A stretch of DNA of 48,005 nt, from NCBI GenBank assembly GCA_049516475.1, contig JBEKTC010000004.1, positions 1 through 48,005 on the forward strand, read 5' to 3'. This DNA is from Candidatus Korobacteraceae bacterium (GTDB lineage: Bacteria; Acidobacteriota; Terriglobia; Terriglobales; Acidobacteriaceae). Below, piece by piece: positions 47,197-48,005 of the stretch. The notes under the pieces were generated by a model. It was given only the letters and a program-made list of their open reading frames with translations, did not search any database and had not been told where the DNA came from. Numbering within the stretch: the stretch's first letter is position 1; every line of letters starts with the position of its first letter. Made by a program: the position numbers and the translations under genes.

Positions 47197-47589
47197 ATGT
47201 CCGAAGACAAGCGCGATGTGCTGGAAGTATTGCGTTACGAGCTGAATTTCCTGGAACAAGGGGGCTATGGAAATTGGTATAGCACGCCCTGGGGACCGGC
47301 CTCCGTCTTTCAGGACTCCTTGAGCTGCCCTAACCATGGGGACCCAACGCGTCCGCACGCCTGCCACGAATGCCTGCTCTACGATTTTGTGCCTGAGGAG
47401 TACCGCACCGACGACGTGCCGTGCCATCACATTCCGCTGAATCGCCATGGCATAACCGTGGCCACCCCTGGTCAGACGGAAGAGGAGTTGCGCGAAAACG
47501 TCAAACACTGGTTGAAGCGCACCATTGCCAGGATAGAAGCGGAGCGCGCGCAGCAAGCCAACGCCAAGCCGGTCGAGCAACCAGCCTGA
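47197..47589 (+). CDS. Small Cys/His-rich hypothetical protein
   Basis: ATG at 47197 with GGGAGAG upstream. SCPNHGDPTRPHACHECLLYDFVPEEYRTDDVPCHH suggests a metal site. No family recognised. Confidence 0.5.
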   Translation: MSEDKRDVLEVLRYELNFLEQGGYGNWYSTPWGPASVFQDSLSCPNHGDPTRPHACHECLLYDFVPEEYRTDDVPCHHIPLNRHGITVATPGQTEEELRENVKHWLKRTIARIEAERAQQANAKPVEQPA

Positions 47590-47736
47590 TCGGGTTGTAT
47601 CAGATCAGCGCGCGCTTTCTGTTCTGGCATCTTCCCGTTTTGAAACCAGCCAGCAACTTCTGCGGCTGACTGGAGCCCAGACGCCCCTGTTTGCATATAG
47701 AATTCCCGGTACCCTACACCCCGCGGAGAGTTCGTC

Positions 47737-48005
47737 ATGAAACGAAGTTTTGCCTCGCTGAGCCCTCAGCAGGCCCTGGATGTCGCCATTTCCATCGAGA
47801 AACGAAATGCCGAGATCTACCACCGCTTTGCGGAAATGTTCACCGAGTTTGGTGACGAGGTATCGCTGGAGATCGGCGCCATCTTCTGGGAGATGGCGAT
47901 TGAGGAGAGAGACCACCAGGCCCTTCTGCAACAGAAGTCCGTCGAGCAGTACGGAGGGTCGAGCAGCACCTTGACTGAGGACGATTTGGTTGAGCTGATT
48001 GAAGT
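47737..48005 (+). CDS. Ferritin-like (rubrerythrin/diiron four-helix-bundle type) protein, 3' end outside the window
   Basis: Not in the ORF track because no stop occurs before the window end. ATG at 47737 with GGAGAG 6 nt upstream. It translates MKRSFASLSPQQALDVAISIEKRNAEIYHRFAEMF...FWEMAIEERDHQALL, with E..H-type pairs as in ferritin-like domains. Confidence 0.55.
   Translation, partial: MKRSFASLSPQQALDVAISIEKRNAEIYHRFAEMFTEFGDEVSLEIGAIFWEMAIEERDHQALLQQKSVEQYGGSSSTLTEDDLVELIE

Overview
High-GC bacterial chromosomal segment. Gene content and the dense intergenic hairpin and heptamer repeats suggest Acidobacteriota (Terriglobia-like); this is an inference. Most of the window is housekeeping: a TlpA-like thioredoxin, NDH-2, HtrA, a Ser/Thr kinase with TPRs, secreted S9, S46, M28 and M19 peptidases, a GH15 glucoamylase, tkt-pgi-zwf, fur, murB, sdhCAB and a cyclophilin. 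The main finding is an 8.7-kb insertion (3114..11807). It is bounded by a perfect 49-bp direct repeat of the 3' half of a tRNA(CAU) gene and has no integrase. It carries four same-strand genes: a TIR-TM-coiled-coil-14xWD40 protein, a 490-aa orphan, a patatin-like phospholipase, and a 666-aa protein with an N-terminal deoxyribosyltransferase/TIR-like domain, TPR-like helices and a C-terminal SLOG-like domain. I read this as a candidate, apparently unnamed, nucleotide-signalling anti-phage module that combines Thoeris-like logic with a CBASS-like effector. All domain calls come from motifs read by eye and need HMM or structure confirmation. Other notable items are an IS200-like/RAYT transposase with flanking REP clusters, MITE-like elements bracketing fur, several 7-bp microsatellites (one of 9 perfect units inside the sdhA-sdhB spacer), an amidase pseudogene lacking its catalytic signature, and an RpiB-like/AraC fusion regulator with a substituted catalytic Cys. 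No rRNA genes or CRISPR arrays were seen.
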